A DNA stretch of 64,000 nt from positions 7,680,001 to 7,744,000 of the forward strand of contig CP068257.2 in NCBI GenBank assembly GCA_009914755.4. Direction: 5' to 3'. Source of the DNA: the human T2T-CHM13v2.0 reference genome, Homo sapiens. The notes under the pieces are model-generated. The model was not told the origin of the DNA and made no database searches. It was given only the letters and a program-made list of their open reading frames with translations. Below are positions 57,701 to 64,000 of this stretch, piece after piece. The position numbers and the translations under genes were made by a program. Each line of letters begins with the position of its first letter. Positions within the stretch are counted from its first letter, which is position 1.

Positions 57701-59845
57701 CAAATACATATTATATACTGTACATAAAGTATCAAAAGGTACACCAAATACATACTATATACTGTACATAATATATCAAAGTTCAAAAAAATACATATTA
57801 TATTGTGTTCATAAAATATCAAGTACACAAAATACATATTATATACTGTACAGAAAATATCAAATAGTGTACCAAATATTTATTTTATATTATAAATAAA
57901 ATACCAAATAGTACACCAAATATATATTACATTCTCTATATAAAATACCAAAATATACAACAAATACATATTATATACTGTACATATATTATCAATTACT
58001 ACACGAAATACATATTATAAACTTTACCTAAAATATCAAAGTACAACGAATACATTTCATATACTGCACATAAAATATCAAATAGTACACCAAATACATG
58101 TTATATACAGTACATAAAATATGAATGTACACAAAATACATATTATATACTGTACATAAAATATCGAAGTACACAAAATACATATTATATACTGTACACA
58201 AAATATCAAAGTACACAAAATACATATTATATACTATACTTAGTATATCAAATAGTAAACCAAATACATATTATATACTGTACATAATGAATCAAAGGGT
58301 ATACCAAATACATATTTTATACTGTACATAAATTATCAAAAAGTACACCAAATACATATTATATAATGTACATAAAATATCAAAAAGTACACCAAATACA
58401 TATTATATACTGTACATAAAATATCAAAAAGTACACGAAATACATATTATATACTATTCATAAAATATCAAAATGTACACCAAACACAATTATATAGTGT
58501 ACTTAAAATATCAAAAAGTACACCAAATACATATTATATACCATACATAAAATATGATAAAGTACACCAAATACATATTATATACCATACATAAAATATC
58601 TAAAAGTACACCAAATACATATTATATACTGTACAGAAAATATCAAATAGTACGCCAAATATTTATTATATATTATACATAAAATACCAAATAGTACACC
58701 AAATATATATTACATACTCTATATAAAATAGCAAAATATACACCAAATACATATTATATACTGTACATATATTATCAATCACTACATGAAATACATATAA
58801 TAAACTTTATATAAAATATCAAAGTACACCAAATACATATTATATACTGTACATAAAATATCAAAAAGTACACCAAATACATACTATATACAGTACATAA
58901 AATATGAATGTACACAAAATACAAATTATATACTGTACATAAAATTTGAAAGTACACAAAATATATATTATATACTGTACATAAAATACCAAAGTACACA
59001 AAATACATATTATATACTTTACATAATATATCAAAGTCCACAAAATACATATATACTGAACAAAAAATGTCAACGTTACACAAAATACATATTATATACC
59101 ATAGATAAAATATCAAAGTACACAGAATACATGTTATATACTGTACATAAGATATCAAACAGTACACAAAATACATATTACATACTGTAGGTAAAGTATC
59201 AAAAATTACACCAAATACATATTATATCCTGTACATATAATATCAAAATGTACACCAAGTACATATTTTATACTGTACATAAAATATCAAAAAGTACACC
59301 AAATACATAATATATACTGTACATAAAATATCAGAAACTACAGGAAATACATAGTATATACTCTACATAATATATGAAAGTGCAAAAAATACATATTATA
59401 TAGTGTACATAGAACATCAAGCTACACAAAATACATATTATATAATGTACATAAAATATCAAAGTTCACAAAATACATATTGTATACCGCACATAAAATA
59501 TCAAAGTACACTAAATCCATATTTTACACTGTACATAAAATATCAAAGTACAACAAATACATATTATGCACTGTACAGAAAATATAAAAGTACACAAAAT
59601 ACATATTATATTCTGTACATAAAATATAAAAGCACACAAATATCATATTATATACTCTACATAAAATATCAAATAGTACACCAAATACATATTATTTACT
59701 GTACATAAAGTATCAAAACGTACACCAAATACATATTATATACTGTAAATAAATTATCAAAAAGTACACCAAATACACATTATACACTGTGTATAAAATA
59801 TTAAAAAATTACACCAAATACATATTATATACTGTATATAATATA
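54700..59845 (+). repeat. HSat1 sub-block 2: TACATATTAT-type monomers of 42-44 bp (..caaa(a)agtacac(c/a)aaatacatattatatactgtacataaaatat..)
   Basis: The 'ccaaatatatattat' form gives way to 'c(a)caaatacatattat' between about 54590 and 54720. A degenerate patch (gttactctagataaatattatgtattttacgtaaaataac) lies at about 54745-54800. Confidence 0.75.
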
Positions 59846-59890
59846 TATATAGTATATACATGTACTATAAATATATATATATAAATATGG
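59846..59890. other. Strand-inversion junction inside the HSat1 array. It is an AT-dinucleotide-rich, partly palindromic spacer
   Basis: Forward monomers end at ...ccaaatacatattatatactgtatata. Then comes atatatatagtatatacatgtactataaatatatatatataaatatgg. Reverse-complement monomers follow (tacaatatgtgtatttttgatattttatgtacagta...). Confidence 0.85.
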
Positions 59891-62800
59891 TACAATATGT
59901 GTATTTTTGATATTTTATGTACAGTAGATAATATATATTTGGGGTACTTTTATATTTTAGGTACAGTATATAATATATATTTGGAGTACCTTCATATTTT
60001 ATGTAAAGAATATAATATATACTTGATGTACCTTCATATTTTAAGTCCAGTATATAATATATAGTTTTGGTACTTTGATATTTTATGTACAGTAAATAAT
60101 ATATAGCTTGAGTACTTTGATTTTTATGTACAGTTTATTATAAATTTTTGGGTACTTTCATATTTTATATACAGAATATAATACATAATTTGGGTGCTTT
60201 GATATATTATGTATAGTATATAAAACATACTTTTTGTAATTTGATATATTATGTACAGTATATAATATATATTTTGTGTACTTTGAAATTTTGTGTACAG
60301 TATATAATATATATTTGGGGTAATTTTATATTTTATGTACAGTATATAATATGTATTTGGTGTACATTGATATTTTATGTACAAAATATAATTTATACTT
60401 TGGGTAGTTTGATATTTTATGTATACTATGTAATATATAGTTTGAGTACTTTGATATATTATGAACAGTTTATTATAAATGTTTGTGTACTTTCATATTT
60501 TATGTACGGTATATAATACATACTTTGGCTACTTTGATATTTTATGTACAGTATATAATATATACTTTGGGTACTTTGATATATTATGTACAGTATATAA
60601 TATATATTTGGGGTAGTTTTATATTTTATGTTCAGTATATAATATATATTTGGTGTACATTGATATTTTATGTACAGAATATAATATATATTTGATGAAT
60701 CCTCATATTTTATGTATAGTATATAATAAATATTTGGATAGATTGACATTTTGTGTACAGTATAAAATACATATTTTTGGTACTTTGATATTTTATGTGC
60801 AGTATATAATATATATTTTGTGTACTTTCATATTTCATGTCCAGTATAAAATATATAGTTTTGGTACTTTGATAATTTATGTGCAGTATATAATACGTAC
60901 TTTGGGTACTTTGATATTTTATGTAGAGCATATAATACATACTTTGGATACTTTGATATTTTATGTACAGTATATAATACATAAGTTGGGTACTTTGATA
61001 TTTTATATACAGTATATATTACATACTTTGGGTACCTTTATATATTATGTACAATATATTAAATATTTTGGGGAGTTTGATATTTTATGTACAGTATAAA
61101 ATATGTAGTGTTGTTACTTTGATATTTTATGTCCAGTATATAATATATAGTTTGGGTACTTTGATATTTTATGTACAGTATATAATATATACTTTGAGAA
61201 CTTTAATATTTTATGTACAGTATATAATATATACTTGAGGTATTTTGATATTTTATGTACAGTATATAATATATACTTTGGGTAGTTTGATATTTTATGA
61301 CAGTTTATAATTTATAGTTTGAGTACTTTGATATTTTATGTGCAGTATACAATATATATATTGGGTAATTTGATATTTTATGTACAGTATACAATATATA
61401 TTTTGGGTACTTTGATATTTGATATCCAGTATATAATATATAGTTTGGGTACTTTGATATTTTTTGAACAATATATAGTATATATTTTGGGTACTTTGAT
61501 ATTTTATGTACAGTACATAATATATAGTTTGAGAATTTTGATATTTTATGTACAGTATATAATATATATTAGGAGTACTTTTATATTTTATGTACAGTAT
61601 ATAATATATATGTGGTGTACATTGATATTTCATGTACAGAATATAACATATATTTGATATACCTTCATATATTATGTACAGTATATAATATATAATTTGG
61701 GTAATTTGATATTTTGTGTGCAGTATATAATACATATTTTTTGTACTTTGATATTTTATTTACAGTATGTAATATATATTTTGTTTAGTTTGATATTTTA
61801 TGTACAGTATACAATATATATTTTGGGTACTTTGATATTTTATGTACAGTATAAAATACATAATTTGGGTACCTTTATATTTTATGTACAGTATATAATA
61901 TATATTTTGGGTAGCTTGATATTTTATGTACAGTATAAAATATGTAGTGTTGTTACTTTGATATTTTATGTCCAGTATATAATATATAGTTTGGGTACTT
62001 TGATATTTTATGTACAGTATATAATATACAGTTTGGGTACTTTGATATGTTATGTACAGTATATAATATATAGTTTGAGTACTTTGTTATTTTATGTACA
62101 GTTTATTATAAATGTTTGGTTACGTACATAATTTATGTACAGTATATTATACATATTTTGGGTACTTTGATATTTTATGTACAGTATACAAAATATATTT
62201 TTGGTACTTTGATATTTTATGTACAGTATATAATATACAGTTTGGGTACTTTGATATTTTATGTACAGTATATAATACAAAGTTTGGGTACTTTGATATT
62301 TTATGTACAGTATATAATATATACTTTGGGTACTTTGATATTTTATGTACAGTATATAATACATACTTTGGGTACTTTGATATTTTATGTATAGTATATA
62401 ATATACAGTTTGGGTACTTTGATATTTTATGTACATTATATAATATATATTTGGTGTACTTTGATATTTTATGTACAGAATATAATATATATTTAATGTA
62501 CCTTCATATTTTATATACAGTATATAATATATACATTGGGTACCTTGATATTTTATGTACCGTATATAATATATACTTCGGGTACTTTCATATTTTATGT
62601 GCAGCACATAATATATATTTGATGTAACTTCATATTTTATGTACAGTATATAATATATATTTGGTGTACTTTGATATTTTATGTACAGAATATAATATAT
62701 TTGATGTACCTTCATATTTTATATACAGTATATAATATATACTTTGGGTCCTTTGACATTTTATGTACAGTATATAATATATAGTTTGGGTACTTTGATA

Positions 62801-64000
62801 TTTTATGTACTGTATAGAATATATAGTTTGAGTACTTTATTTTATGTATAGTTTATTATATATGTTTGGGTAGTTTCATAATTTATGTCCAGTATATTAT
62901 ACATATTTTGGGTTCTTTGATATTTTATGTACATTATATTACATAGTTTGGGTACTTTGATATTTTATGTGCAGCATATAATATATATTTGGTGTAATTT
63001 GATATTTTATGTGCAGTACATAATGTATATTTGATGTACCTTCTTATTTTATGTACTGTATATAATATATATTTGGGCGACTTTAATATACTATGTCCAG
63101 TATATAATATATTTTGGTGTACTTTGATATTTTATGTACAGAATATAATATATATTTGATGTACCTTCATATTTTATGTACAGTACATAATATATATTTT
63201 GGGTACTTTGATATTTTATGTACAGAATATAATATACATTTTGGGTACTTTGATATTTTATGTACAGTATATACTATATAGTTTGAGTACTTTTTTATTT
63301 TATGTACAGTTTATTATAAATGTTTGGGTACTTTCATAATTTATTTACAGTATATTATACATATTTTGGGTACTTTGATATTTTATGTACAGTATATAAT
63401 ATATGTTTGGTGTAATGTGATATTTTATGTACAGTATATAATATATATTTGGTGTACTTTGATATTTTATGTACAGAATATAATATATATTTGATGTACC
63501 TTCATAATTTATGTACAGTACATAATATATATTTTGGGTACTTTCATATTTTATGTACAGTATATAATATACAGTTTGGGTACTTTGATATTTTATGTAC
63601 AGTATGTAATATATAGTTTGAGTACTTTGTTATTTTACGTACAGTTTATTATAAATGTTTGGGTACTTTCATAATTTATGTACAGTATGTTATACATACT
63701 TTTGGTACTTTGACATTTTATCTACAGTATATAATACATACTTTGTGTACTTTGATATTTTATGTACAGTATATAATATATATTTGGTGTACTTTTATAT
63801 TTTATGTACAGAATATAATATATATTTGATGTACCTTCATATTTTATGTACAGTATATAATATATACTTTGGGTACTTTGATATTTTATGTGCAGTATAT
63901 AATATACACTTTGGGAACTTTGATATTTTATGTACAGTATATAATATACAGTTGTGTACTTTGTTATTTTATGTACAGTATATTATAAATTTTTCGGTAC
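59891..64000 (-). repeat. HSat1 sub-block 3: reverse-complement orientation, 42-bp TATATATTAT-type variant. The unit as read is gtacagtatataatatatactttgggtactttgatattttat
   Basis: The unit is the reverse complement of ataaaatatcaaagtacccaaagtatatattatatactgtac. A tttattataaatgtttgggtactttcataatttatgtacagtatattatacatattttgggtac motif recurs at 336-bp (eight-monomer) and roughly 740-830-bp spacings. Confidence 0.8.

Larger units (their letters stand above)
49201..64000. repeat. Satellite I (HSat1A-like) AT-rich 42-bp tandem repeat array, at least 14.8 kb, continuing past the window end
   Basis: The monomer atactgtacataaaatatcaaagtacccaaactatatattat is 42 bp and iterates head-to-tail. It is about 80% A+T. 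Orientation flips once near 59840-59890. Confidence 0.9.

Noticed and set aside
49201-64000. ORFs of 60-200 aa rich in Y/I/K/L (YIIYSLGTLIFYVQ..., IKYQSTQNIYYILY...)
   Set aside because: They are translations of the 42-bp AT-rich satellite. Stop codons are avoided only by chance of phase, and the content is low-complexity.
4069-64000. Whether the regular short tandem repeats could be a CRISPR array
   Set aside because: This is eukaryotic (human) satellite DNA, confirmed by the flanking Alu and L1. The repeats are contiguous, with no unique spacers, and arrays run to tens of kb. No cas-like coding sequence is present.
49201-64000. DYZ2 / HSat1B (Y-chromosome 2.4-kb unit with embedded Alu)
   Set aside because: No Alu or other 2.4-kb periodic insert occurs within the AT-rich array. 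It is a plain 42-bp tandem array, which fits HSat1A / classical satellite I. A Y origin is therefore not supported by this feature.

Overview
This is a human (or great-ape) heterochromatin boundary, not a gene-bearing region. Positions 1-4068 are a transposon-rich euchromatic flank. It holds the 5' end of a minus-strand Alu at the window start, a short (CATC)n microsatellite, a possible MIR remnant, and two degenerate L1 ORF2 fragments lying head-to-head. The plus-strand L1 fragment carries two full-length Alu insertions with clear target-site duplications. At about 4069 the L1 is cut off and a roughly 45 kb array of classical satellite III (HSat3) begins. This array is (GGAAT)n with the diagnostic CAACCCGAGT 10-mer interspersed, all in one orientation, running to 49200. 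Inside it are several distinct higher-order periodicities (about 2.8, 3.4, 3.7 and 3.77 kb), a near-identical 785-bp unit repeated four times, and multi-kb segmental duplications. At 49201 the array switches abruptly to the AT-rich 42-bp satellite I (HSat1A-like), which runs to the window end. This second array has three sub-blocks: a TATATATTAT-type monomer, a TACATATTAT-type monomer, and, after a strand-inversion breakpoint near 59840-59890, the reverse complement of a 42-bp variant. Every long ORF in the six-frame track over the satellites (the MEWNG... and IPFHS... families over HSat3, the YIIYS... and KYQST... families over HSat1) is a low-complexity translation of the repeat. I find no genuine protein-coding gene, RNA gene, CRISPR array or candidate novel system. 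What is worth a second look is structural: the junctions, the inversion and the recent local amplifications.
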